A DNA stretch of 64,000 nucleotides from Clostridia bacterium (GTDB lineage: Bacteria; Bacillota; Clostridia; Oscillospirales; Acutalibacteraceae): positions 161 through 64,160 of the forward strand of contig JAFUOL010000002.1 in assembly GCA_017481865.1 (NCBI GenBank), in the 5' to 3' direction. The notes beneath the pieces were generated by a model. The model saw only the letters and a list, made by a program, of their open reading frames with translations, ran no database searches and was not told the origin of the DNA. This document shows, piece after piece, positions 46,613-56,965 of the stretch. The position numbers and the translations under genes were made by a program. Numbering within the stretch: position 1 is the stretch's first letter; each line of letters opens with the position of its first letter.

Positions 46613-47041
46613 ATGTTTAATCTGGTAGTTTTAACGGGCCGTCTTACAGCTGACCCCGAGCTTAAAACCACTCCCAACGGTATTTCGGTTACGTCCTTTT
46701 CCATTGCCGTTGACCGCCGTTACCGTTCCGGAGAGGAGCGTCAGACCGATTTTATAAATATCGTTGCTTGGCGTACATCTGCGGAATTTATCTGCAAATA
46801 TTTCAAAAAGGGAAATCTTATCGGTATCGAGGGCTCTATCCAGACCCGCAGATATCAGGATAAAAACGGCAATAACCGCACCGCTTTTGAGGTTGTGGCT
46901 AACAATGTTCAGTTCGTAGAAAGCAAGCGTGATGCTGCTCCCGGCGCTCCTATGAGTGAGCCGCCCGCATCCTTCAGCAATGCCGATGTAAACGATTTTG
47001 CTGATTTGGGTGACGCTACTGACGATGATCTGCCGTTCTAA
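46613..47041 (+). CDS. ssb: Single-stranded DNA-binding protein
   Basis: MFNLVVLTGRLTADPELKTTPNG OB fold and acidic tail DDDLPF. Confidence 0.95.
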   Translation: MFNLVVLTGRLTADPELKTTPNGISVTSFSIAVDRRYRSGEERQTDFINIVAWRTSAEFICKYFKKGNLIGIEGSIQTRRYQDKNGNNRTAFEVVANNVQFVESKRDAAPGAPMSEPPASFSNADVNDFADLGDATDDDLPF

Positions 47042-47069
47042 AAAATATTAAATTAAGGAGGCTTTTAAA

Positions 47070-47315
47070 ATGGAGAACGAGAGAAACGATAGACCTATGC
47101 ACAAGAAAGCTCGCAAAAAGGTTTGCCATTTCTGTGTTGACCGTGTTGAAAGCATTGATTATAAGGATGTTGCCCGTCTTCGCAAGTTCATCTCCGAACG
47201 TGCTAAGATTCTTCCCCGCCGTGCAACCGGCACCTGCGCTGCTCATCAGCGTGAACTGACAACCGCTATCAAGCGTGCTCGTCAGATGGCATTACTTCCT
47301 TATGTTAATGACTAA
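47070..47315 (+). CDS. rpsR: 30S ribosomal protein S18
   Basis: KKVCHFC...[31 protein letters not shown]. Confidence 0.95.
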   Translation: MENERNDRPMHKKARKKVCHFCVDRVESIDYKDVARLRKFISERAKILPRRATGTCAAHQRELTTAIKRARQMALLPYVND

Positions 47316-47326
47316 TCAGACAAATT

Positions 47327-47355
47327 AAGCTACCGCTTTTGCGGTAGCTTTTTTC
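47327..47355 (+). terminator. Rho-independent terminator after rpsR
   Basis: AAGCTACCGC tttt GCGGTAGCTT followed by TTTTT. Confidence 0.85.
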
Positions 47356-47383
47356 AATTTGGAATTATGAATTCCGAATTACG
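47356..47383. repeat. AATTCGGAATT repeat, copy 4 (degenerate palindrome)
   Basis: AATTTGGAATT atg AATTCCGAATT, directly after the rpsR terminator. Confidence 0.65.
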
Positions 47384-47385
47384 CA

Positions 47386-48111
47386 TTATACAGTAAGCTT
47401 TTCCAATATTTCTTGAAGTTTCCTAAATTTATCCGCCTCGGGTGTGGGTAAATCCTTAAAAGGGAAATCAATTTTTAACTTATCATATTTAACCTGACAG
47501 AGCTTTTTAAAGGGTAAAAGCTCTGTTTTTTTTATGCAGGGATATTTTTTTATAATTTCCGCTAAGAGGCAAATATTTTTTTCGCTGTCATTTAGTGTGG
47601 GGATTATCACCTGTCGGAGGGTTACGGGAATATTTCGGGAATTCAGGTATTCCAAAAACTCCAGCGGAGCGGCAATACCGCAGCCCACAAACTTTTTATA
47701 ATCCTCATCGTTTGTATATTTAATATCAAGCAAAACTCTGTCTGTAACCGACAGCAGCTCCTTTGTTTTATCATTCATTAAAGAGCCGCTGGTATCAAGG
47801 CAGGTGTTTATACCTCTTTTGTGACATTCTTTAAAAAGCTCCGTTACAAATTCGGGCTGTAAAAGTGGCTCGCCGCCCGAGACGGTAATTCCGCCATCAT
47901 TGCCAAAATACTCCTTGTAATGAGCGGCCTTTTCGGCTAATTCCTCAGCGGTATATTCGGTTCCTTCGTTTATATCCCAGGTATCGGGGTTGTGACAGCA
48001 GCCACACCGCAGATTGCATCCTTGGGTGAACACAACAAAGCGGACTCCCGGCCCGTCAAGGGTGCCGAGAGTCTGTATAGAATTTATTTTTCCTATTGCT
48101 TTTTTCTGCAT
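47386..48111 (-). CDS. pflA: Pyruvate formate-lyase activating enzyme
   Basis: GCNLRCGCCHNPDTW radical SAM cluster; follows pflB. Confidence 0.93.
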   Translation of the reverse strand: MQKKAIGKINSIQTLGTLDGPGVRFVVFTQGCNLRCGCCHNPDTWDINEGTEYTAEELAEKAAHYKEYFGNDGGITVSGGEPLLQPEFVTELFKECHKRGINTCLDTSGSLMNDKTKELLSVTDRVLLDIKYTNDEDYKKFVGCGIAAPLEFLEYLNSRNIPVTLRQVIIPTLNDSEKNICLLAEIIKKYPCIKKTELLPFKKLCQVKYDKLKIDFPFKDLPTPEADKFRKLQEILEKLTV

Positions 48112-48112
48112 T

Positions 48113-50344
48113 TTACATAGCCTCGTGGAAGGTACGGCTTATAACCTCACGCTGTTGCTCACGGGAAAGCTTGTGGAAGTTAACTGCATAACCCGAAACA
48201 CGTATTGTAAGGTTGGGGTAAGCCTCGGGGTCCTCGTAAGCCGCCTTTAAGGTCTCACGGTTGAGAACATTTATGTTTATATGGTGAGCCTTCTTAGCAA
48301 AGTAGCCGTCCAGTATAGAAACGAGATTGCCAACCCTTTCGTCAGCGGTTCTGCCAAGAGCCTGAGGTGTAATTGAGAAGGTATTGGAAATACCGTCACG
48401 GCAATCGTCATAGCTGATTTTAGCTACCGAGTTAAGTGAAGCCAAAGCACCGTTTTCCTCACGGTTGTGCATGGGGTTAGCTCCGGGGGCAAAGGGTGCG
48501 CCAGCCTTTCTGCCGTCAGGTGTAGAGGCGGTGTTCTTACCGTACATAACGTTGGAGGTGATGGTAAGAACAGAGAGGGTATGCTCGGCATCACGGTAGG
48601 TGGGGGTCTTTCTCAGCTCAACTATCATTCTGTGAGCCATGTCCTTGGCAATAAGGTCAACACGGTCGTCGTCGTTGCCGTATTTTGGGAAATCACCCTC
48701 AGTCTCAAATTCGGTTATATAACCGTTTTCGTCCCTGATAGGTGTTACCTTAGCGTATTTTATAGCACTCAAAGAGTCGGCTACTACAGACAGACCTGCA
48801 ATACCGAATGCCATAAAGCGGTGAACGTCGGTATCATGCAAAGCCATCTGGGATTTTTCGTAGGCATACTTATCATGCATATAATGAATAATATTCATGG
48901 TGTTTACGTAAAGGCGGGCGAGCCAGCTCATGTACTTTTCCATAAGCTTCATTACCTTATCGTAATCAAGTGTCTCACCCTCATAAACCGCACCCTGAGG
49001 ACCTATATGGATGCCGCTTGTGGTATCGTAGCCTCCGTTAAGGGCAATAAGCAAAAGCTTTGCTAAGTTACAGCGTGCGCCGAAGAATTGCATCTGCTTA
49101 CCTATTTTCATAGCTGAGACACAGCAAGCGATAGCATAATCGTCCCCGTAAATAGGACGCATAACATCATCGTTTTCATACTGTATAGAGTCTGTATCGC
49201 AGGATACCTTTGCACAGAATTTCTTAAAGCTTTCGGGCAGTGCATTGGACCAAAGAACCGTAAGGTTAGGCTCGGGGGAAGAGCCTAAGGTGTAAAGGGT
49301 GTTAAGAATTCGGTAGCTACTCTTGGTAACGAGAGTTCTGCCATCCTCTCCCATACCGCCTACGCTTTCGGTTATCCACATGGGGTCGCCGCCGAAAAGC
49401 TCGTTGTATTCGGGAGTTCTCAAATGACGGGCAATACGGAGCTTTATTACGAAATCGTCTATAATCTCCTGTGCGCCTGCCTCGGAGAGCACTCCGTTTT
49501 TGAGGTCACGCTCAATATAGATATCAAAGAAAGTGCTGACTCTACCCAACGACATTGCGGCACCGTTCTGCTCCTTAATAGCGGCAAGGTAGGCAAAGTA
49601 TGTCCACTGAACAGCCTCTTTAGTGTCGGCGGCAGGCTGGCTTATGTCACAGCCGTACATAGCCGCCATTTCCTTCATGTAACCCAAAAAGGCTATCTGC
49701 TGGTAAAGCTCCTCGTCAAGACGGGTCATATCTGCATTGAAGTCACCGTTGGCTAAAGCACTTTTGTCCTTTTTCTTTTCCTCAATAAGCTTGTCTATAC
49801 CGTAAAGGGCAACACGGCGGTAGTCGCCGATAATTCTGCCTCTGCCGTAAGCGTCGGGAAGACCCGTTATAACGTGGCTTCTGCGGGCTAAACGCATTTC
49901 GTCGGTATAAGCTCTGAAAACGCCCTCGTTATGGGTGGTGCGGTACTGAAATTCACTTTCAATTTTATCACTCAGCTTATATCCGTAAGCCTCGCAAGCC
50001 TGACGTGCCATACGCATGCCGCCGAAGGGATTTATACCTCTTTTTAAGGGGCGGTTGGTCTGCATACCTACGATTATTTCATTTTCCTTATCAATATATC
50101 CGGGGGCATAGCTTGTAAGGGAAGAAACGGTGGTCGTGTCTATATCGAGCACACCGCCAAACTGTCTTTCAAGCTTGAACAGAGCTTCGGTTTTTTTCAT
50201 AAGCTCCTTTGTGCGCTTTGTAGCACCCGATAAAAAGCTTTCGTCCCCTCTGTATTCCTTATAGTTTTTTTGAATGAAATCCCGTACGTTGATTTCATTT
50301 TGCCAAGCACCGGCGGCAAAACCGTTCCAATTCTTATGTTCCAT
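48113..50344 (-). CDS. pflB: Formate C-acetyltransferase (pyruvate formate-lyase)
   Basis: Catalytic ACCVSAM and glycyl-radical RVSGYAVNF; 743 aa. Confidence 0.95.
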   Translation of the reverse strand: MEHKNWNGFAAGAWQNEINVRDFIQKNYKEYRGDESFLSGATKRTKELMKKTEALFKLERQFGGVLDIDTTTVSSLTSYAPGYIDKENEIIVGMQTNRPLKRGINPFGGMRMARQACEAYGYKLSDKIESEFQYRTTHNEGVFRAYTDEMRLARRSHVITGLPDAYGRGRIIGDYRRVALYGIDKLIEEKKKDKSALANGDFNADMTRLDEELYQQIAFLGYMKEMAAMYGCDISQPAADTKEAVQWTYFAYLAAIKEQNGAAMSLGRVSTFFDIYIERDLKNGVLSEAGAQEIIDDFVIKLRIARHLRTPEYNELFGGDPMWITESVGGMGEDGRTLVTKSSYRILNTLYTLGSSPEPNLTVLWSNALPESFKKFCAKVSCDTDSIQYENDDVMRPIYGDDYAIACCVSAMKIGKQMQFFGARCNLAKLLLIALNGGYDTTSGIHIGPQGAVYEGETLDYDKVMKLMEKYMSWLARLYVNTMNIIHYMHDKYAYEKSQMALHDTDVHRFMAFGIAGLSVVADSLSAIKYAKVTPIRDENGYITEFETEGDFPKYGNDDDRVDLIAKDMAHRMIVELRKTPTYRDAEHTLSVLTITSNVMYGKNTASTPDGRKAGAPFAPGANPMHNREENGALASLNSVAKISYDDCRDGISNTFSITPQALGRTADERVGNLVSILDGYFAKKAHHININVLNRETLKAAYEDPEAYPNLTIRVSGYAVNFHKLSREQQREVISRTFHEAM

Positions 50345-50373
50345 GGCTTTTCTCCTTAAAATATATTACGGGT

Positions 50374-50419
50374 CAAAAAAGGCAACCCAGCTTTAAGTTT
50401 CCTTGAAAACTGAATTGCC
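50374..50419 (-). terminator. Expression-platform terminator of the ZTP riboswitch
   Basis: Minus strand GGCAATTCAGTTTT / AAAGCTGGGTTGCC 14-bp stem (3 G-U pairs) followed by TTTTTTG. Its 5' arm shares the GGCA of the aptamer 3' end. Confidence 0.7.
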
Positions 50420-50486
50420 CAGACGGTCGGCATAGACTCCCGACACTCCCCTACAGTTCTCTGTAAATCCGTCAGTTATGTCGGTG
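50416..50486 (-). promoter_or_regulatory. ZTP riboswitch (pfl motif) aptamer
   Basis: Minus-strand RNA CCGACA-TAACTGACGG-ACAGagaaCTGT-AGGGGAG-TGTCGG...CCGACCGTCTGGGCA. The ACTGACG/CGTC pseudoknot covaries with consensus ACUGGCG/CGCC. P3 is ambiguous because GTCGG can pair with either CCGAC copy. Confidence 0.7.
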
Positions 50487-50491
50487 ATATT

Positions 50492-50520
50492 ATCATACAC
50501 TATATTTAGATATTTGTCAA
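50492..50520 (-). promoter_or_regulatory. Consensus sigma-A promoter for the ZTP-pflBA unit
   Basis: Minus strand TTGACA (50515-50520), 17-nt spacer, TATGAT (50492-50497). Confidence 0.65.
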
Positions 50521-50649
50521 CATAAAATCACAAAAAAACACAAAATATTGTCCCTTGTGTGCAATCATGACATATATAAATAGTTTTGTGCGATTATAAT
50601 TAGTAAAATTAAGGTAATAATATATTAAAAGTTTTACCGGAGGAAACAT

Positions 50650-51972
50650 ATGAAAAAGAGAAGCGGAATAAAAATAATAAGCTTTTCTCTTGCGGCTTTA
50701 ATAGCGGCGGCAGGATTTATATTTATTGCAGAAAGGAAAAACCGTAAATACCGTATTCAGATAGAAAACAGCTATTCCCGTTCTTTGGAGGATTTAAGCG
50801 CCGGGATAAACAATATTTCCCTGACACTTCAAAAGGCGCAGTATGTCACCACCCCTGCACAGATAAGCAGTATGGCGGCACGGCTTTTAACCGAGGCAGA
50901 GGTCTCTAAAAACGCTCTTTCCCAACTGCCTGCCGGTGAGGAGCTTACTACCGTTAATAAATTCCTCTCGCAGGTGGGAAACTACGCTATGTCGGTTTCC
51001 AAAAAGCTTATAAGCACAGGGGATGTTACCCAAGAGGACAAGGCAAACATTAGCGCTTTAAGCGACACCGCCAACAAGGTGGCGGAGATAGTAAACAACA
51101 CTCAAATCACCTATAATAATGCCTCCTACTGGGCAAAGGAGCTCGATAACGAGATAGACAGTGCAGTGGATTCTGAAAGCCTTGCTTCGGATATGGCTGA
51201 ATTAGAGGGTGAGCTTACCGATTATCCTACCTTGGTTTATGACGGTCCCTACTCTGACCACATTCTTGAAAAAGAGCCTGCTATGCTAAAAAGTGCTGAA
51301 AAGGTATCTCAAAGTGAGGCGCTGGCTGTTGCCGCTAAAGCCGCCGAATGTGACAAATCCGATTTAAGCTATGACGGGGATGTAGCCGGAAACATTCCCT
51401 CTTACCGTTTTGTAGGGCAGGGGATAACCGTAACGGTCAGCACCGTCGGCGGATATACCGTTTATATGCGAAAGGAACGGGAGGTTTCCGACAGCCTTTT
51501 AAGCTACGAGCAGGCATTGGAAAAGGCAAAAAGGTATCTCGAAAGGGTAGGCTTAAAGGGCTTTACCGAGACCTATTATGTAACTACAGAGGGTGTATGC
51601 GTTGTAAATTTCGCCTATCTTGACGGCGAGACTGTATGCTATACCGACCTTATAAAGGTGGGGGTAGCTATGGACAACGGGGAAATAATGCTTTATGAAG
51701 CCAGCGGTTATATTTCCAACCATACCGACCGTGCTTTTCTGACACCCGACCATACCGTAGAGGAGGCAAGGGCGATTTTAAGCGGCAACCTTACCTTGAC
51801 CGAAACGGCGGTAGCGTTGATTCCTACTGACTATGGCGAGGCGAGGTGCTATGAATTTACCTGCCGAACCGCGGACGGTCAGGAAATACTCGTTTATATA
51901 AATGTAAACACCCTTGCGGAGGAGGATATACTGATACTCCTTAAAAGCGACGGCGGAACGCTGGTAAAATAA
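50650..51972 (+). CDS. ypeB: Germination protein YpeB
   Basis: N-terminal anchor, YSRSLEDLSAGINNISLTLQKAQYV region and C-terminal PepSY-like repeats. Confidence 0.8.
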   Translation: MKKRSGIKIISFSLAALIAAAGFIFIAERKNRKYRIQIENSYSRSLEDLSAGINNISLTLQKAQYVTTPAQISSMAARLLTEAEVSKNALSQLPAGEELTTVNKFLSQVGNYAMSVSKKLISTGDVTQEDKANISALSDTANKVAEIVNNTQITYNNASYWAKELDNEIDSAVDSESLASDMAELEGELTDYPTLVYDGPYSDHILEKEPAMLKSAEKVSQSEALAVAAKAAECDKSDLSYDGDVAGNIPSYRFVGQGITVTVSTVGGYTVYMRKEREVSDSLLSYEQALEKAKRYLERVGLKGFTETYYVTTEGVCVVNFAYLDGETVCYTDLIKVGVAMDNGEIMLYEASGYISNHTDRAFLTPDHTVEEARAILSGNLTLTETAVALIPTDYGEARCYEFTCRTADGQEILVYINVNTLAEEDILILLKSDGGTLVK

Positions 51973-51976
51973 GAAT

Positions 51977-52816
51977 TCAATATTTCTTATTCTGCAAAGC
52001 TAATTCGGTTTTGTAGATTTCCTGTGCTGCCAGCTTATCTGAATTGACTACAATATATGTATAAATGGAATCGAGTATGGTAAGCTGGGCTATACGTGAG
52101 CTCATGGCAAGTATTGAGTGTTGGGTTTCCTCCGCTCTTGTAAAAAGAGCATAGTCGCATGCCTTTACAATAGGGGAGTTGCCGTAGTTGGTAATGCAGA
52201 CTGTGGTAGCACCGCCTATTTTAGAAAGCTGCAACGCATCCACTATATCCTTAGACGAGCCTGAATGGGATATACCGATAGCTACGCTTTTTCTGTCAAG
52301 GTGGGTGGCGATAATCGCCTGCATATGGTTATCGCAGCATGCCTGAGCATTAAAGCCTAACCTTAAAAATTTATGTGCCGCATCCTGAGCTATGGCGGCG
52401 GAGTTGCCAAGACCGAAAACTATTATCCTTTTGGAGTTCATTACGGCGTTGGCGGTAAGGGCTAACTGCTCGGCGTCCAGAACTGATTCGGTATTGATGA
52501 GGGATACCGATATATCGCTTATACGTTTTTTGAATATGTCAAAACAGCTGTCCTCCTTGGTGATTTCCTTACTTACCGAGGAGGCAGAGCTCATTTCGCC
52601 TGCTATTCCTATTTTAAGGGACTGGTAGCCGTCAAAGCCAAGACGTCTTGCAAAACGTACTACGGTAGCATCACCGCAGCCGCATTTTTCGGCAAAGTCG
52701 CTTATTGATGTGTTTATTATATCCTTAGTGTTTTCGAGGATAAAATCGGCTATTTTTTTCTCACCCGGACCCATTTGGGAACGCATGAATCGTATTTTAT
52801 GAATTATTGATTCCAT
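51977..52816 (-). CDS. MurR/RpiR-family regulator (HTH + SIS domain)
   Basis: ISDFAEKCGCGDATVVRFARRLGFDGY HTH and SIS IIVFGLGNSAAIAQDA. ATG 52816 (GAGGTG SD) is preferred over the ORF-track 52957. Confidence 0.88.
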   Translation of the reverse strand: MESIIHKIRFMRSQMGPGEKKIADFILENTKDIINTSISDFAEKCGCGDATVVRFARRLGFDGYQSLKIGIAGEMSSASSVSKEITKEDSCFDIFKKRISDISVSLINTESVLDAEQLALTANAVMNSKRIIVFGLGNSAAIAQDAAHKFLRLGFNAQACCDNHMQAIIATHLDRKSVAIGISHSGSSKDIVDALQLSKIGGATTVCITNYGNSPIVKACDYALFTRAEETQHSILAMSSRIAQLTILDSIYTYIVVNSDKLAAQEIYKTELALQNKKY

Positions 52817-52830
52817 TAGGCACCTCAAAA

Positions 52831-52845
52831 TGAAAATTATTTTCA
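52831..52845. promoter_or_regulatory. 7-1-7 palindrome in the rpiR/operon spacer; candidate operator
   Basis: TGAAAAT t ATTTTCA, 15 nt upstream of the rpiR start. Confidence 0.3.
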
Positions 52846-52980
52846 TTATTTTAACATATTTTTGGAAAAAGTCAATGGAAATGAAAAAAAATTTCAAAAA
52901 CCTATTGCGAAAATCCGCACATTTTGGTATCGTATAGATGTAACTTAATGTTCTCAATTTTAGCGAAAAGGGGAGTTAAA

Positions 52981-54384
52981 ATGTTTGATTATAAGGTAAA
53001 AATCGGTCTGGTTGCTATGAGACGTAACACCACAGACCGTCCCAGAGGAACTTTTCTTACCTGGTACTCTGCCGAACAGCGTGGAAAGCGTTTCGTAGAT
53101 TACATAGAAAAGAACTTCACCGATGAAAATGTAAGCTTTGTTGATAACAAGGGTATCGGTATCGAGGACTTGGTTTTTGACGATGCTACGGCTAAAGAGG
53201 TTGTAGAGCGTTTCAAAAAGGAAAATGTCGATGCGGTATTTATTATCAACTGTAACTTCGGTAACGAGGAGGCTGCGGCTGATATAGCCGAGGCTCTCGG
53301 AAAGCCCGTGCTTTTATGGGCACCGCTTGATGATGAATATTATGTTGACGGTATGAGACCTACCGATTCCCAATGCGGAATTTTTGGTGTTTCCCGTCAG
53401 ATGCAGCGTTATCACATTCCGTTTTCACATCTGCCCTGCTGCAGAGTTGAAAGCGACGAGTTTAAAGAGGGTCTTGACAGCTTTGTAAGGGTTGTCTGCA
53501 TGGTTAAAAACTTCAAAGGCATGCGCATAGGTCAAGTAGGCGCACGTCCTGCACCCTTCTTCTCGGTTATTTGGAACGAGGGTGAGCTGATGGAGAAGTT
53601 CGGTATCCGTATAGTTCCCATAAATTTTGCCGTTATAGAGCAGAGAATGAAATCTGCACCCGAGCTTTATGCTGATGAGATTGCCGAATATGAGCAGTAT
53701 TTCCTAACCAATTACGAGCTTGACGACCTTACTCCCCAGTACATAAAGCCCATGGCTACAATGGTTGCAATGTATAAGCACCTTTTCGAGGAATTCAACC
53801 TTGACGTAATCTCGGCTGAATGTTGGACAGCAACTCCGATTATGTTCGGCGGTTTGGCACCCTGTGCACTTTACGGTCTGCTAAACGAAATGGGTTACAT
53901 GATTTCCTGCGAAAGCGATATGCACTGCGCTATGACTATGGCACTGCTTAAATGTGCAACTCTCGGTAAAGGCAAGCCCTTGTTCGGTGAATTTACCGTA
54001 AGACACCCCGAAAATAAGAACGCCGAGCTTTTATGGCATTGCGGACCCTTCCCTGTATCCGAAAAAGCAGAGGGTACAAAGGCACGTCTTGTTAACCAGC
54101 GTGCATGGCTTAGAGCTAAGGATGGCGAGTACACTGTAGCCCGTATCGACCAAGAGCATGGCGACTATATGATACTTCCCCTTAAATGTCATACAACCGA
54201 AGGTCCTCAAACTCACGGAACATATCTTTGGGCTGAATTTGAGGATTTACAGGCTATAGAGGATAGACTTATCGACGGTCCTTACATTCACCACTTCGTT
54301 GAAATGGAAGGCGACTACAGGAAAGAAATCAAAGAATTCTGTAAATACTTCCCCAACCTTAAGGTTGATGAGTCTGTTAAATAA
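52981..54384 (+). CDS. L-fucose/L-arabinose isomerase superfamily protein (COG2407-like), substrate unknown
   Basis: 467 aa; VFIINCNFGNEE, PTDSQCGIFG, ISCESDMHCAMT (metal-ligand region). AAGGGGAG SD before ATG 52981. Confidence 0.75.
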   Translation: MFDYKVKIGLVAMRRNTTDRPRGTFLTWYSAEQRGKRFVDYIEKNFTDENVSFVDNKGIGIEDLVFDDATAKEVVERFKKENVDAVFIINCNFGNEEAAADIAEALGKPVLLWAPLDDEYYVDGMRPTDSQCGIFGVSRQMQRYHIPFSHLPCCRVESDEFKEGLDSFVRVVCMVKNFKGMRIGQVGARPAPFFSVIWNEGELMEKFGIRIVPINFAVIEQRMKSAPELYADEIAEYEQYFLTNYELDDLTPQYIKPMATMVAMYKHLFEEFNLDVISAECWTATPIMFGGLAPCALYGLLNEMGYMISCESDMHCAMTMALLKCATLGKGKPLFGEFTVRHPENKNAELLWHCGPFPVSEKAEGTKARLVNQRAWLRAKDGEYTVARIDQEHGDYMILPLKCHTTEGPQTHGTYLWAEFEDLQAIEDRLIDGPYIHHFVEMEGDYRKEIKEFCKYFPNLKVDESVK

Positions 54385-54417
54385 ATTTTGTAAAATTTTT
54401 TAAAGGAGATATAAACT

Positions 54418-55854
54418 ATGCAAATCCAAATGAACGAATTTCTGTTCTCAATGATTCTGACAGAGCTTGAAGACGCTGTTGGCGTTGAAAACTGCTCCAC
54501 CCGTCAGATTGACAAGGTAACTCACAGCGTTGACTACTACTGGCTGTCACGTATGTGGGCTGACCGTGGCTGCCATATGCCCGAGGCTGACATCGTTGTA
54601 TGTCCCGAGGATGCAACACAGGTTTCCAAGGTACTTAAAATCGCTAACTACTACAAGCTCCCCGTAACTACTTGGGGTGCAGGCGGCGGCACACAGGGAG
54701 GTGCTATTCCGGTTTGCGGCGGTATTATTCTCGACACCAAGAGAATGAACAAGATTTACGAAGTTAATACCGATGCTATGTACATAGAGTGCGGTACAGG
54801 TGCTATCTACAAGCACATTGAGTGGGCTGCAAACGAGGTTGGTAAGGCTACAATGCACTATCCCTCTTCACTCTGCTGCTCTACAGTAGGCGGTTTCTTA
54901 GCTCACAGAGGTATCGGTGTTGTTTCTACTAAGTACGGCAAAATCGATGACATGGTTCTCCAGATGGAGGTTGTATTACCTAACGGTGATATCATCAATA
55001 CCTGTTCTGCTCCTAAGCATGCTGCAGGTCCTGACCTTAACCAGATATTCATCGGTTCTGAGGGTACTTTAGGTATCATTACAAAGGCTCAGATCCGTAT
55101 TTTCGACCAGCCTGAGGACAGACGCTTCCGTGGTTTCTTATTCCAGGATATGTCAGGTGCTTTCAAGGCTGCACGTGAGCTTCTCCAGAAGTTCAAGCCC
55201 TCTGTTATGCGTCTTTATGACGAGGCTGAAACTGCTTCTCTTATTAAGAAAATCGTTGGTGTTGAGCGCAAGGGCGCATTCATGAACGTTGCTTATGAAG
55301 GCGTTAAGGAAATGGTAGACGTTGAGGAGAAAATCCTTCTCGAAACCTTTGCTAAGTACGGCGCTGAGGACTTAGGCAGCGAGTACGGCGAGAAGTGGTG
55401 GAAAGAAAAGCTTACCTTCTTCTATCCCGGTCACATGATGGATATACCCCAGTGCTTCGGTACTATGGATACAATAGCTCCTTACGGCAAAATTGAGGAA
55501 ATCTACTGGGCTATGAAGGAAGCTATCGAAACCAACTTCCCGCAGGCTAAGTTTATCGCTCACTTCTCACACTGGTATGAGTGGGGCGCAATGGTTTACG
55601 ACCGCTTTATTGTTGACGGTAAAGACGTTCCTCAGGATCCGGTTGAGGCACTTCGTCTCCATCAGGCTATTTGGACCTGCGGTGTAAGAGCTGCTCTTGC
55701 TCACGGCGGTGTTGTTAACGACCACCACGGCGTTGGTATAAAGCTTGGCCGTCTTATGAAGGAACAGTACGGTCCCGCTATGCAGGTATTTGAAAATCTT
55801 AAGAAAACACTTGACCCGAACGGCATTATGAATCCGTTTAAGCTCGGTCTGTAA
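54418..55854 (+). CDS. FAD-linked oxidase family dehydrogenase (GlcD / alkyl-DHAP-synthase-like)
   Basis: PCMH-type FAD domain PEADIVVCPEDATQVSKVLKIA...VTTWGAGGGTQGGAIP; C-terminal HHGVGIKLG. Confidence 0.8.
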   Translation: MQIQMNEFLFSMILTELEDAVGVENCSTRQIDKVTHSVDYYWLSRMWADRGCHMPEADIVVCPEDATQVSKVLKIANYYKLPVTTWGAGGGTQGGAIPVCGGIILDTKRMNKIYEVNTDAMYIECGTGAIYKHIEWAANEVGKATMHYPSSLCCSTVGGFLAHRGIGVVSTKYGKIDDMVLQMEVVLPNGDIINTCSAPKHAAGPDLNQIFIGSEGTLGIITKAQIRIFDQPEDRRFRGFLFQDMSGAFKAARELLQKFKPSVMRLYDEAETASLIKKIVGVERKGAFMNVAYEGVKEMVDVEEKILLETFAKYGAEDLGSEYGEKWWKEKLTFFYPGHMMDIPQCFGTMDTIAPYGKIEEIYWAMKEAIETNFPQAKFIAHFSHWYEWGAMVYDRFIVDGKDVPQDPVEALRLHQAIWTCGVRAALAHGGVVNDHHGVGIKLGRLMKEQYGPAMQVFENLKKTLDPNGIMNPFKLGL

Positions 55855-55875
55855 TTTATAAGGGAGGATTTAATT

Positions 55876-56961
55876 ATGATAATGTCAGAAAAATGTAAAC
55901 AGCATGTTGATTCCTGCCGTTTCTGCTGGATGTGCCACCACATCTGCCCTATCGGTAACGCTACCGGTCAGGAAAGAAATACAGCAAGAGCAAGAGCTCT
56001 CGGAATTTCACTTGTAAACCGTGAAGCAATGGGTCTTGAAGAAATTATGGACAATATTTATGAGTGCTGCACCTGCGGTGCTTGCGTACACGACTGCACC
56101 ACCGGCTGGAACCCTGTAATGTTCACTAAGGAAACCAGACTTCAGGCAGCTCTTGACGGTAAGACACCTGATTATATTGCTGCACTTGTAAGCAACTGTT
56201 TAGAAACAGGCAACGCTTACGGCAAGACCGAAATCTGCTCTGATTTAGCAGCAGCTGTTAAGGCTCACTCTGCTAAGAAGGATACTCTCCTTCTCTTAGG
56301 TGTTGATGCTAAATACATGGTTTGCGAGCAGGCTTTAAAGGCTATTAAGGTTCTCGAAAAAGCAGGTGTTGACTTTACCGTTCTCGATAGCGAACCCGCT
56401 TCCGGCGCACAGCTCGACTTCCTTATCGGTGCCGCTAACGAAACCAAGGAACAGATGGTAGCCTGTGCTAAGGCTCTCGGCGAATACAAGACTGTAGTTG
56501 TATACGATCCTGATGATGCTAAGGCTATCAAGCAGACATATAAAGAGTACGGCATAGATGTTGCTGCTGACGTTGTTACATACACAAGCTTTGTTGCAGG
56601 TCTTGTAAAGGACGGCAAGCTTGCAGCTAAAAACAGTGGCAAGGCTGTTGTATTCCAGGATCCTTATCAGTTGGCACGTGACCTTGAGGAAACCGAGGAA
56701 GCCCGTGAAGTAGTTAAGGCTTATGCAAATCTTTCCGAAATGCTCCTTAACCGTGGCGAGACCGTTTGGGCTGGTAATATCCTTATGGCTCAGTATATGC
56801 CCAAGGTTATCAACAAGGTAGCTGAAAGAAGAATATTCAATGCTACAAGCATCGGTGCTAACGCTATCGTTACCGTTTCTGTAGCTGAATACGCTTCTTT
56901 AAAAGCAGTAGCTAAGGATGTTGAAATTCTCTCACTCGAAGATTTAATCTTAGGAGAATAA
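55876..56961 (+). CDS. (Fe-S)-binding protein, GlcF/GlpC-like partner of the flavoprotein
   Basis: Two Cys clusters, CRFCWMCHHICP and CCTCGACVHDC, followed by a Cys-poor domain of about 250 aa. Confidence 0.7.
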   Translation: MIMSEKCKQHVDSCRFCWMCHHICPIGNATGQERNTARARALGISLVNREAMGLEEIMDNIYECCTCGACVHDCTTGWNPVMFTKETRLQAALDGKTPDYIAALVSNCLETGNAYGKTEICSDLAAAVKAHSAKKDTLLLLGVDAKYMVCEQALKAIKVLEKAGVDFTVLDSEPASGAQLDFLIGAANETKEQMVACAKALGEYKTVVVYDPDDAKAIKQTYKEYGIDVAADVVTYTSFVAGLVKDGKLAAKNSGKAVVFQDPYQLARDLEETEEAREVVKAYANLSEMLLNRGETVWAGNILMAQYMPKVINKVAERRIFNATSIGANAIVTVSVAEYASLKAVAKDVEILSLEDLILGE

Positions 56962-56965
56962 GTAA

